Shown piece by piece: positions 1 through 12,339 of a DNA stretch of 64,000 nt. Made by a program: the position numbers and the translations under genes. Numbering within the stretch: the stretch's first letter is position 1; each line of letters begins with the position of its first letter. The DNA comes from Octopus sinensis (taxonomy: Eukaryota). The notes beneath the pieces were generated by a model. That model was not told where the DNA came from and did no database searches. It saw only the letters and a list, made by a program, of their open reading frames with translations. Location of the stretch: the NCBI RefSeq assembly GCF_006345805.1, contig NC_043002.1, positions 22,010,001 to 22,074,000 on the forward strand. The letters are read 5' to 3'.

Positions 1-1182
1 CCGCAACACAGCACTAAAACGCAAACTACAGTGTATTTCAATACAGTATAATACAATGTATATATATAATATATATATTATATATATATATATATATACA
101 TATACATACACATACACAAGCATACATTTGTTTTTATATTTATGCATATTTGTTTACGTACAAATGAGCGCTAACACGTTATCTTAAAGGTAGCGTATTT
201 GGTAGTGACATTGGGTTTTTGATGGTGCCAGTTGATCTTTCCGATCGATACCAAGTAAATTGTGTTTCAACTGAGTTTTCTCCTGGTGGAAGTGTTATCG
301 CTTGCCATTGACAAAGGGTGAATTGGTACTTAGAATGCAGTGAGTGACGACTGATGCTGCAAGGTATCTCGCCCATCATTCAAACAAATCTGCCAATCTG
401 CCTCCTTGGATTGGTACCTTTCTTTATCAACTCCAAAAGAATGAAAAGCAAAGCTGGCCTCAGTGGGATTCTAAATCAGAACCTAGAGACAAGGAACAAA
501 TACCTAAAGGTATTGTGTCTGAATCTCTAACGTGCCGGTCAATTTGCCGCCTTAAATGTATATGGTGATTATTTAGCGCATGCCTAAGTATATCTTGGAT
601 TACTTTGTTCAACGTGTCATTAGTTTTTATAAGAATTTGAGATATGTGATTTGGTAGTTGCTTTCTTTGTTTAGTGATAATAATTCTTCTGCTTGGCAAA
701 AATCCAAACACTGTTTCGGAAGAATCGATTAAAACAACTATAATCGACTTTTGTATTTCACCGGGGCTTGTGTTATTCACACAAATGTACACAGTCACAT
801 ACGCACATGCTATATTTATGCATAAATATATACACATATTAATATTGTACATATGTGTCTCTCTCCTTGTATATGTGCATATATATATACACCCTATATA
901 TATATATATACACTCTATTTATATACCCTATATATATATATATATTTATGCATAGGCATACGTATATTTACACGCATACCCACATATACATCTGTGTATA
1001 TCTAAATATATATATATATATATTATATATATTATATATATACGTAAATATATGTATATATATGTATGTATGAGTATGTATATATATATATGTATTTATG
1101 TATGTATATATATGTATATATATATATATATGTATATATGTATTTATGTACGTATAGATATGCACACACACACACACACACA

Positions 1183-1374
1183 TAGTCTACATTTAAACAC
1201 ATAAGAGATGGTATTAATCGGACATCTAAACCGCTAGAAGGAGTAGTTAAAATCCAAACTACAAGTAGAGGTAATTTCGAAATTACCCCTAATTATAGTT
1301 TTGATTTTAACTACTCCTTCTAGCAGTTTAGATGTCCAATTATAGCCATCTCTTATGTGTATAAATGTACACTG
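1183..1374. mobile_element. Foldback MITE-like palindrome (192 bp)
   Basis: The arms are reverse complements around the centre GGTAATTTC|GAAATTACC (1278/1279). A related end sequence CAGTGTACATTTAAACACAT recurs at ~9290. Confidence 0.7.
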
Positions 1375-1459
1375 TATATATAATGAATAATATATAGTCT
1401 ATTGACTAGTTTTTCTAAAGGCTAGGCGACAGTGGTAAAAAATTTCTAAATAATATTTT

Positions 1460-1878
1460 GTGGCTGTGTGGTAAGTAGCTTGCATACAAGCCACATTGTT
1501 CCGGGTTCAGTCCCACTGCGTGGCACCTTGGGCAAGTGTGTATTCTACTATAGCCTCGGGCTGACCAAAGCCTTGTGAGTGGATTTGGTAGACGGAAACT
1601 GAAAGAAGCCCGTCGTATATATGTATATATATGTATATGTATATGTATGTGTGTGTGTATATGTTTGTGTGTCTGTGTTTGTCCCCCCAACATCACTTGA
1701 CAACCGATGCTGGTGTGTTTACGTCTCCGTAACTTAGCGGTTCGGTAAAAGAGCCCGATAGAATAAGTACTAGGCTTTTCAAAGAATAAGTCCTGGGGTC
1801 GATTTGCTCGACTAAAGGCGGTGTTCCAGCATAGCCACAGTCAAATGACTGAAACAAGTAAAAGAGTATAAAAGAGTA
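1460..1878 (+). mobile_element. tRNA-derived SINE family A
   Basis: Head GTGGCTGTGTGGTAAG..GGGTTCAGTCCCACTG (A/B-box-like), central (TA/TG)n and a GTAAAAGA-repeat tail. There are >12 similar copies in the window. Confidence 0.85.
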
Positions 1879-1892
1879 CCCTGAAATTTATG

Positions 1893-1932
<40 letters not shown>

Positions 1933-2458
1933 TCGCATGAATTACGGAATGGAGTAGATAAGATCCGGGCTACATATGTCATAGTGAGCGGAACCTCAGA
2001 AGTGATAAATATCCAAGAGAGGTGTATTCAGCAAGCTACTCTTCAGGCCAAGAATATCTTGATTGGATGAAGTTTATAATGTTAACGCCTGGAAGATTCA
2101 ATCAGACAATGTAACCTTTAATTTAATTTAATCAAGATATCCTCGGCCTGAAGGGTAGCCTGCGGTGTACACCTCACTTGAATATTTACCATTTCCGAGG
2201 TCCCGCTCGCTGTGAAACATATATGGCCCGGATCTTATCTACTCCATTCCGTAACCCTTGTATTCTTATTCGCACGCCCAGCAACTCTTGTCGCCTACCG
2301 TGAACTTTTTTCAGCTTATCGTACTTCGATATGGAAAAAATCCACAACCTCCAGTCTCAAGAAACTAATATTGTCCCTGAAAGTTGTTTTTTTTTAATAT
2401 TTACTACGGATTGCTTGAAGCTAACTTTCAACTTACACCTCGATCCCTGGATCTTACT

Positions 2459-2552
<94 letters not shown>

Positions 2553-2557
2553 GCATA

Positions 2558-3110
2558 CAGTGTGTGACGGGTATTTGAGGGTGTCGTTGGTAATTCTATA
2601 AAATAAATCTAATTTAGCAAAAACCGGATGTATTTTAATGTAAATCTGTGCACGTGTTCTTGATAAGTTTCCGTGTAAAATTATTCTATGAATCTGCCTT
2701 CAGCTTTGTTGATTGCTTCAATGAGAGACAGGATTCGTTGACAAACTTGCACTAAATGGTCCTTTTCATTTTGGCCATCACCTGGACAATGGCATAGCAT
2801 CAATGGCAAGGAATCTCCCTTTCAACAAAGCTCCAAACGTAGTGGTCCATGGAATATAAATCTATCGAGTTTAGAGGCCACAAGTTTGGTGTCGCATGAT
2901 TGTAAAGATTTCTAAGATCCATTCTTGGGTTACGTAGACTTTATCTGAAGGCGCTGAGTCTTGTTGAAACCGGTATGGCCTTCTGCATGTCTCATCCAGA
3001 CAGGGCTTTATAAGTGCCTTAAGCAGCTCAACGTATCCAGCAGCGTTAATCTTAAGGGTCTGTGGAAAGATGTGTTGGCATGACAAGATCGTTGTCACTT
3101 ATACCTCCCC
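2558..3110 (-). mobile_element. Tc1/mariner (maT/DD37D-like) transposon fragment, 3' part
   Basis: Degenerate transposase KINAAGYVELL..YRFQQDSAPS.K..VTQEW..NSIDLYSMDHYVWSFVE..IEAINKAEGRFIE*. The element end TA|CAGTGTGTGACGG lies at 2556-2570. Confidence 0.7.
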
Positions 3111-4067
3111 AAACCGTCAAAGTTGCTGAAAATTTAGTGTGTATCACACTGGGGACATTGGAGGGATCTGCACACAACCAGCTATCATTTTTCCTCTTAC
3201 ACTTTTGGCCTTGGTGTTAAAGTGGACGACGGATTATGTTTACCGCTTAATAGGCTATGTCTCAGCTTGAACTCAGAATGCAAAGAGCTGCAATAAATAC
3301 CACAAGGCATTTATTCTGATAAATCTTTTTTATTGATCCAGAGAGGATAAAATGCAAAATTTACCTCGATGATATTTGAACTCAGAGAGCCAAGTATCAG
3401 AACAAATAATGTGGGGATATTCAATCCGACCCTCTAACGACACGTTCGTTTCGCCGCCATATTTTATTTCTCACTAGAATTTCTTATATTTTGCCAGTTT
3501 CTCTCTATCCTCCGGGGTAATGCCTTAGTAAGAAGGGATCGAAATGGCTCATCAATTTAAAGGTATTTTTGTTCTAGTCCTTCATAATAATATCTAGACG
3601 GTTTATCTTGATTTCGTTGTCAGTTTGTATAGATATGTTTCTAGATGACGGAGACCAAGTTGTCATTCATTGTGTTTAATACATGTCTATACCATTTCTT
3701 GGTAGTTTTCACATTGATGTGTCAGCATATTCCACTGTGAACATAACTGTTGACTTGATTGTATCTCTGAATTAACACAGCCATAACATGGTCTGAGCAG
3801 TTTGAAACGATGTAGTCAATTGATTTATTCTACTTGTTGCATTGTCTGCATTTGAGAGGAATAACATCTCCTTTTTTATTATTTTATTTTCCTATTATTA
3901 TTTATGTCCAGTCACTGATCCTGTGCTGCTAAATCAGACTGTCTTTTCTGCTTTTAGAAACTTTTAGAATTATTGCTGACTTTCAGTTCGGATAATTCCC
4001 TTTTTGTTGAGTTTTGTTGGTATTGGCGTAGGAGTGGCTGTGTGGTAAGGTTGAGTGTTATTGGTAT

Positions 4068-4497
4068 AGGCGTGGGAGTGGCTGTGTGGTAAGTAGCTTG
4101 CTTACCAACCACATGGCTCCGGATTCAGTCCCACTGCGTGGCACCTTGGGCAAGTGTATTCTACTGTAGCCTCGGGCGGACCAAAGCCTTGTGGGTGGAT
4201 TTGGTAGACGGAAACTGAAAGAATCCCGCTGTATATATGTATATATGTATATATATGTATGTGTGTGTATATGCTTGTGTGTCCGTGTTTGTCCCCCAAC
4301 ATCACTTGACAAGCGATGCTGGTGTGTTTACGTCCCCGTAACTTAGCGATTCTGCAAAATATCCCGATAAAATAAGTACTAGGCTTGAACTCTCTCAAGT
4401 CCTGGGGTCGATATGCTCGTCTAAAGGCGGTGCTCCAGCATGGCCACTGTCAAATGACTGAAACAAGTAAAAGAGTAAAAGAGAGAGTAAAAGAGTA
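4068..4497 (+). mobile_element. SINE family A (preceded by a duplicated head fragment at 4025-4049)
   Basis: Same head/body/tail as 1460-1878. Confidence 0.85.
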
Positions 4498-5305
4498 TTG
4501 GCCTCGGTATTTTGTATGTGATAGTTTCTGTTATAAAACTGTCATCAGTTTGAGATGCCGTCTTATTTATATAGAGTAGCTGCTGTTTTAATTTTATCGC
4601 ACATTTTCACTATGGTGTTATTCTATTTCACGATAAGGCTTCTTGTCATCATTTATTATAAATCGTTGCACATTCGCCTGTGTGTTCCAAGTCACATTTT
4701 CCTCGCCTTTTTTATTTCTTCTCCATAGCTCATACCTTTCTATTTTAATGCTCATGTGCAATGCGCATGGAATATTTCAATATGATAGTTCATTAATTTC
4801 AACATTCTCTTTTAATCTTGTTTTTATTTTGAATGTTGGAAGTGAGATACATGCCTTTCTGTTTAGCGTTTACTTTTTTGGGGAAGGATACCGCATCTGA
4901 ATCACGTTATTTTTGCTTAATTTAAATTTGCGCTGTAAAATACATTATAGATCCTGACTCAGGCGTCTATATCTTTGTTGCCGATTGATTTATCCATAAA
5001 CATAAATGATTTGCATTTAAACAGTGTAGGATCTATTTTTAGTTTGTTTCGTTTTAGTTCTTAATGAAAATCATTTTTTTGCTTTCTTTTGTTTCGCTGT
5101 ATTCAAAATTTCGTTTCGTTTTGTTTGACCCGGCTGATCATTTGCTTCTATTTCTGTTAGTGCATGTATCATTTAAACAATATATTTTATGGATAATAAT
5201 CATATATAATAACAGTTTCAAATTTGGCGAAAGGTCAAAAATTTTAAAGGAAATAGTCAAGTCGACAATATCGACCCCAGTGTTCAGCTGGTATTTTATA
5301 TTATT

Positions 5306-5538
5306 AAGGCGGCGAGCTGGCAGAATCGTTAGCACGCCGGGCGAAATGCGTAGCCGTATATCGTCTGCCGTTAAGTTCTGAGTTCAAATTCCGCCGTGGT
5401 CGACTTTGCCTTTCATCCTTTCGGGGTCGATTAAATAAGTACCAGTTACGTACTGGGGTCGATATAATCGACTTAATCGGTGTGTCTGTCCTTGTTTGTC
5501 CTCTCTGTGTTTAGCCCCTTGTGGGTAGTAAAGAAATA
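5306..5538 (+). mobile_element. tRNA-derived SINE family B monomer with TSD
   Basis: Head AAGGCGGCGAGCTGGCAGAATCGTTAG..GAGTTCAAATTCC and tail CCCCTTGTGGGTAGTAAAGAAATA. Direct repeat GGTATTTTATATTATTAA at 5290-5307 and 5539-5556. Confidence 0.85.
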
Positions 5539-5900
5539 GGTATTTTATATTATTAATCCCCAAAAGATGAAAAGTAAAGTCGACTTCGGGGTCATGTGAA
5601 CACAGAACGTCAAGCCGGAGGAAATGTTGCTAAGGATTTTTGTCCGGCGTGCGAGCGATTCTGCCAGCTGTGAATAATATAGTATCCGTTGATTTCACAG
5701 GGGTCGTTTCGTTTTATTTAGTTTGTAACCAAAGTTCATTCTACCCAGTTTTGTTTGTCTCACACGCTCACCCCCTTCTGTCTACGTATCTCTCCTATAT
5801 TATATAAACAATTTATTTTGTGCGTAATAGCCACGTGCAATAAGTGTCAGTTGTATTTACTAGAATACCTTTAACCTCATTGTCTTCATTTCTCGTTCAG

Positions 5901-6302
5901 AGGCGTAGGAGTGGCTGTGTGGTAAGCGGCTTGCTTACCAACCACATGGTTCTAGGTTCAGTCTCACTGAGTGGCACCTTGAGCAACTGTCTTCTACTAA
6001 AGCCTCGGGTCGACCAAAGCCTTGTGAGTGGATTTGGTAGACGGAAACTAAAAGAAGCACGTCGTATATATGTATATATATATATATGTATGTGTGTGTA
6101 TACGTTTGTGTGTCTGTGTTTGTTCCCCCAACATTGCTTGACAACCGATGCTGGTGTGTTTACGTCTCCGTAACTTAGCGGTTCGACAAAAGAGACCGAT
6201 AGAATAAGTACTAGGATTACAAAGAATAAATCCTGGGCTCGATTTGCTCGACTAAAGGCAGTACTCCAGCATGGCCACAGTCACATGACTGAAACAAGTA
6301 AA
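5901..6302 (+). mobile_element. SINE family A (followed by a 3'-half copy at ~6355-6520)
   Basis: Same consensus blocks. Confidence 0.85.
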
Positions 6303-6313
6303 GCGTATAGTTG

Positions 6314-6345
<32 letters not shown>

Positions 6346-6758
6346 CATACATGTGTGTGTATAATCATTTGTTTATATGTCTGTGTTTGTCCCCACCACC
6401 GTCGCTTGACAATCGATGTTAGTGTGTTTACGTCCCCGTAACTTAGCGATTCGGCAAATGAGACCGATAGAATAAATACTAGGCTTACAAAGAATAAGTC
6501 ATGGGGTCGCATGCAACGAAATCGACGGTGGTAACCATCATTATCACCACCAACACCATCATCATCATCATCATCATCTTTCTTCTTCTTCTTCTTCTTC
6601 TTCTTCTTCTTCTTCTTCTTCTTCTTCTTCAATAGTTTTATTTTTATAGCGTGCTTTCACTTCACTACCGAGCGCAGCTCTGTGTGCCTTGGGTATGTGC
6701 TGTGATTTGTTGTGCATACCCAAATCTATAAAAATAAAACTATTGAATAATAATAATA

Positions 6759-6852
<94 letters not shown>

Positions 6853-6879
6853 GTATTAGTATTAGTATTATTATTATTT

Positions 6880-7250
6880 AACTTCTTCAAGTTTTACTTG
6901 ACGAGGGAAGTAAGAGTGGAGAGGGAAGTGTTGCCTTCAAGTAAGTTTGTCGAAAGGTGGGTGAACGTTGGAAGAATGGCCAGTGTGAAGGGACCAATTC
7001 TGAGCATACACCTGTGAAGAAATAAAAGGGGAAGGGCTCTTGCCCTGTTGATCAGACACCCGTGTCTTTTGTGGGTTTTCCACGAAGAACCTTAAAGCAG
7101 CTCTCCTTACTGGGAGACTTTATTGTTTAATTTTTATTGTTTTTATTGTTTACAATCCTGTAAAACCCTTTGTCTCGTCTTGTGTAGTCTTTTATGTTGT
7201 TGCATATCCTTTAATGTTGTTTTATGTAAGCCCTTGTGGCTTATAAATTA
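6880..7250 (+). mobile_element. 5'-truncated 3' end of a related Tx1-clade LINE, embedded in (ATT)n
   Basis: Translates to FFKFYLTREVRVEREVLPSSKFVERWVNVGRMASVKGPILSIHL* (TGA 7015-7017), alignable with the frameshift-corrected ORF2 C-terminus of the 17.7-23.1 kb element (FFVFHMKRKIRLE..CLLQSVFRKRWKSIASMLRVKEPI*). The 3' UTR ends CCCTTGTGGCTTATAAA. Confidence 0.7.
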
Positions 7251-7262
7251 ATCAATTAATTA

Positions 7263-7316
<54 letters not shown>

Positions 7317-7327
7317 TTTATTTTCAG

Positions 7328-8810
7328 ATGTGAATCATACACCAATCCATTGCGCCCGTTTAAAAATCTATTGGTCGTCTGTATCGGTCACATGTTGTTC
7401 AGTATAGCTTACATCTCTTTACGGAACCTTCAAAGCAGCATAAACCACGAAAAAGGTCTCGGCGTCACCTCATTGGCCTGCATCTATGGAGGATTCGTTT
7501 TCGGATGTGTGTTTACCACGGCAATTGTGCACCGGTTCGGACCGAAATTTACTCTGGTCGCTTCCATTTTGTTTCACGTCGCCTTTTCCTTGGCCAACGC
7601 TTTCCCGTCGTTCTATTCTATGGTGCCAGCTTCGGCGATCGCTGGGATCAGCCAGGCTGCCATGTGGACAGCCCTGGGGACGTATCTAACCCACATCGCT
7701 AAAGTGGCAGCGCAGTTACAGAACAAATCGAGCGAGGCCACAATCGGTCGCTATTTTGGAATGTTTTTTGTGTTCGATGCCATTGCTCGTGTTGTTGGTT
7801 CGTTGGTGACGTCAGTAGTGATGGAATTCGCCCCGATGATTGACACCTCCAGTCTCAAAAGCAGCAACGACAGCAGCAATAGTAGTAATAGTAGTAGTTT
7901 TAATAGCAGTAACTGGACAAACTACCAAATAAACAGCGGTTCCTACAGCATCCCTCAGCATCGTCCGTCCAGTTTCGCAACCACGCCCAAAACGACGACA
8001 ACCGCCACACCCACGTATGATCCGCTTGCCCCATCGTTGGACTTTTCTACTGTGACGTCATCAGTGCCACCACCACCACCACCCTCATCATCATTATCAC
8101 CAAAAGCAATATTATCAACTCCACAATCATCATCATCATCATCATCATCGTTATCATTATCAACATCGTATTTTGTATCAGCCTCCGCAAATTCCCCATC
8201 ACCATCTTCATCATCAATATCATCATTATCTTCAACGGCAGCAGCATCAGTAACAACATCATCAGCATCAGCATCATCAGTACCACCACCACCACTGCCA
8301 TTATCATCCCCGCCGTCATCACCGTCAAATTCGATAACAAAATCCTCTTCACCATTATCCTCATCATCTACAGCAGCAACAACAGCAGCAGCATTATCTG
8401 CAACATCATCATCAACAGCATTAACATCATCATCAACACTAACAGCATCAATAACCGAGGTAAACGCAACAGTGGACAGTAAAATGTTCATTTCCGTCCA
8501 AGAGGACATTTGTGGGCCAAAATACTGTCATTACACATGGCCCAGCCACAACAATTTCACCATAAGCCCTAACATTCGCTTCCTGTTGGTCGCCATTTTC
8601 TGTATATGTCTTCTAATGTCCGTCCTTCTAATTGCTGTCTACTTAGACTCTGTCTACCTATCCCGGAAATTCGACCCTGATGAAGATTCTTTCAGCACAG
8701 ATCTTGCCTCAACTATTCGGCTTTGGACCGAACCCAGCTGGTTGCTACTTACTCCGTTGATCATTTACTGCGGGATACTAATCTCTTTTATATCAGCCGA
8801 CGTTACCAAG
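7328..8810 (+). CDS. UNC93-like (UNC93A-type) MFS membrane protein, large internal coding exon (TM1-TM7 region plus Ser/Thr/Pro-rich loop)
   Basis: Acceptor ttttcAG at 7326-7327 and donor AAG|GTAATA at 8811. Translation (C)ESYTNPLRPFKNLLVVCIGHMLFSIAYISLRNLQSSINHEKGLGVTSLACIYGG...WTALGTYLT...RYFGMFF...DICGPKYC...LLLTPLIIYCG...SADVTK follows the UNC93 pattern (LQSS..GLG..L..YG; W...TYLT; CG..C; D.TK). The exon starts with 1 nt completing a split codon and ends in phase 0. Orthology to a named paralogue cannot be fixed without a search. Confidence 0.9.
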
Positions 8811-9199
8811 GTAATACAACTTCTTTATAACTTCTTTTTATAACTTCTTTTTAAATGTGTGTGTTCGTATTTGTTATATTTGCTGTTGTTTAACCCCAGG
8901 CAAGGTCAACCAAGATCGAACAGATCCAAATTCAAAATCTTTAAACTTTGATCATCTCGTCTTTTTTCTTTTAGAAAATTACACTTACCACAATGGCTTT
9001 CCATTTTAAAGACGATTTTGAGTGGTTTGGGGGAAGACTTGGCTTCTATTTCTGGCAAGGAGAACGACAACGCAGATGGTCCTTTCCGGTGTCTCATATG
9101 TGTTTGTATTTGGTTGTGTGTCTTTGTGCGTACATGTGCATACAGTGATTATCTCTGCCCGCCTGTCTGTCTGTCTGTCTGTCTGTCTATTTGTCTGTC

Positions 9200-9284
<85 letters not shown>

Positions 9285-11519
9285 AAGTACAGTGTACATT
9301 TAAACACATTAAGAGGTATCCATCATAGGACTCCCTTACGTTAGAAGGAACAGCTAAAGTCCAAACCACTAACTTAGATAAAATCTCGAAGGGAATGAAA
9401 AATAAAAACATTTACCATCTATTTCCTGGACCATGGTTTCAATCATTTTTTAGCAAATAAAATAATTTGCTAGGCGAAGTCTTCCTCAACAGGTACGCCA
9501 AGATTAAACATTTAAGTACGACGCAAATCCAGCATGTGCCTCTTGCTTATACATTATAATTTTCAAATCTAACGCGCAAGCGCAGTTTTTTTGTCAGCAG
9601 CAAAAAAATGCCGGCAATTTCTTCGAACAATTTTCCAGAAATCATTATACATAATTAGTAATATCAGGGTAATAAAGGTTTTAGAGATTATTACTACCAG
9701 TGGCCTAGTGTATAGAAAAATTAGTCAATAGGCTATATATTATTCATATAAAATTCAGTGTACATTTATATTAGCTCTAACGACGGATGGTTTCGCAATG
9801 TATTTCTGAACAACCACACAGATGATTTATTTATAGTGATCAAATGTCTGTACTGTGCATGAGTTCACCCTTTCCGCCAAATTGTGCTTGCCTGCTAAGG
9901 CGCACAAATGTGCTCCACGTCAGGCGTCGAAATGTTCGCAAAACGACATGAAAGAAATGTTTTGCCCAAGAACACAACACACTGCCTTGTTCGGGAAGCG
10001 AATCCACGATCTGGCGATCTTGATTGCAACATCCTAAACACTTGGTCACGCATCTTTCTCTCTGTTTCTCTCCCCGCCCCCACACATACACACGTGTAAA
10101 CGCGTGTGTGGGCATGTGTGTATGTCTCTGCGTATGCACACGGGACTGTGTTTATTTCAGTGTGCGCATGTGTGTACGTGTTAATGGTGTAAGTGAGCTG
10201 CGTGTAGATGGTATCTTTCTTATACCGATGGTTTCATAGATTTTCATGCGTTGCTGTAATATCTAGCAATCACAACAGCAAGCAGTACTGTATAAGACTG
10301 GCGATATAAATATTCTCCCAACTCGACACACAGGCATACAAAAGTATATTCATTCACACACACGCATACACACAAACACAAACAGATTCATACACATACA
10401 CGCACAAACATACAGGCTTTTACGTATACTCATACGCGCTCATATTCGATACTCTTCGCAGCACAAACAGCTACATACGCACAAACACACTCACAAGTCG
10501 AAATACATTCACACTCAAAAATACAGACGCAAACGTATTCCTAAGCGCACACATATATTCTGTTTAGCGCGCACATATACATGAACAAACAAACACATAT
10601 ATATATACGTTCGATGGTCGATTTAATCAACTATATTATCTCTTCTATAAAATATGTAGTCTTTCCACCACAGTAAGCAATCGATATATTTGTGTATAAA
10701 TACGTGGCGAGTGCTGTAAGGCGAAGGATATGTTCAGAGTACGCTAAGACCGCGATTTAATTTTTCTTTTATTGAATTCTGATGGGTGATCGTTGATTAC
10801 AGGTTTATAACATGGCTATCACTGGTTTACTCCATTTCTGACAGAAGGGAGTGTCTGTAGCTCGTCGGAGAACAAATATTGCAAGGTCTTCGTTCGTTAA
10901 GTACTAGCGACGTGGCTTTCTCGCCAATGTGTACATTCTTCGCTGATGTATATTGACGAATTTATACAATTAGGCACACAGACACCAAGGGCGGCGATCT
11001 GGCAGAATCGTTAGCGCGCCGGGAGAAATACTACGTTGTAGGTTCAAATTCTGCAGAGGCTAACTTTGTGTTTTATCCATTCAGGGTTGACAGAATAAAG
11101 TACAAGTCGAACATTGAAATTGATGTGATCGACCGGGTTCCTCCTCTAAAATTTTAGCCTTTGTACATGTAGTAGAAAGAATTACACACATACAAGCACG
11201 CACGAATACACACACACACGAATACACACACACACACACACACACACTCACGCAAGCACGTACTAATGCAAGTGCGAATCCCTCTCTATACATACACACA
11301 TACACAGACTCAAACATACGTACAGACATACATACATATATGGTGGCTGCCCCCTCGTTATCGAGTATGGCCATTGCACGAAGCTTAACCAATGTTGTTA
11401 TTGTGCAATGCTTGTGCAAGAAGATTTTTTTTAAGTGAGGAAAGGCTGTGCACTGAGTCAATCCCACTCACTAAACAACAGCAGTCATAATCCGAAAAGA
11501 AGAACAAGTCAACATCATC

Positions 11520-11870
11520 GGTAACAACTGAGCCGCAGATTTTATGTCGGAGTTATCCCAGTTTCCTGAGTTACCTTCTCCTAGTAGGATGCCCTAACAA
11601 AGGCTAGGAGTCCTTCACTCCCAATGGTTTAACCGCGCGATCGGGTATTCAGTCCGATTATTTCTATGTCCCCGCGCATGATACAGCCTTAAGACATTTA
11701 TTGGATGGCTGTTGACTCTCAAGAGTTCCTCCGCCCTTTTGACGGGTTTTGTTTTTCATCCCGCAGGGTGTCCAATAAACACCCTCCTCACCAAGCAAGC
11801 TTGGTGGGGTTTAGTCGCCGACGACCTGACCATGCAACAGGTTGTACTGGGTTACATGTTACCAGTAGCA
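11520..11870 (-). mobile_element. RTE-like LINE 5' UTR-derived fragment
   Basis: Minus strand GGACTCCTAGCCTTTGTTAGGGCATCCTACTAGGAGAAGGTAACTCAGGAAACT resembles, from memory, the conserved RTE 5' UTR segment. Boundaries are approximate. Confidence 0.4.
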
Positions 11871-12339
11871 CTCGAAAGTGACCTGACATACATATATACA
11901 CACATACTTACATACATACACACACATATACACATGTATGCATACATACATACATACATATATACATATACATACATACATACATACATACATACATACA
12001 TACATACATACATACATACATACATACAAAGTATTCTTCTGTGTAAAGACTCGGCTAAACGCTAACCTCGGAATCGAAACCGTATCGGAAACATGGCGCA
12101 AACAGAGTGGGATGGTTGAGAATAAGTGCCAATACAGGTAGTATAGTAGATTTAAATAAATCATGGCATCTCTTAGACAAAACGACTTTTATGCACCACA
12201 ATAATAAATAAATTTATCAGTTTACAAATACATGTTGAATGCTGTTCGATATATTCGATGGTTTTAAATCTGTGAAAGAAACTCACGAAGTAATGTGCAA
12301 ACTTCTTCGTGGTCGAGCTTTTTCTTCTGCCTTTCTAGG

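Noticed and set aside
179-800. Non-repetitive-looking segment with short ORFs, faint piggyBac-like LLGIDRKDQL
   Set aside because: Too degenerate; a single weak motif with many stops.
460-1183. ORF-track entries rich in YI/HT/CV/YLSI/MYVC (here and throughout the window)
   Set aside because: These are translations of (TA)n, (CA)n, (TCTA)n and (TACA)n microsatellites, which lack stops in some frames; no protein motifs.
5306-5400. tRNA genes at SINE heads (many loci)
   Set aside because: A/B-box-like motifs are present but no complete cloverleaf or acceptor stem was seen; each continues into a SINE body.
7955-8509. Asp/Val-rich 184-aa minus-strand ORF (and 8047-8367)
   Set aside because: Antisense shadow of the Ser/Pro-rich UNC93-like loop.
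8811-8843. ORF extension VIQLLYNFFL* as the true C-terminus
   Set aside because: It lies past a canonical donor, and downstream exons supply the conserved UNC93 C-terminal half.
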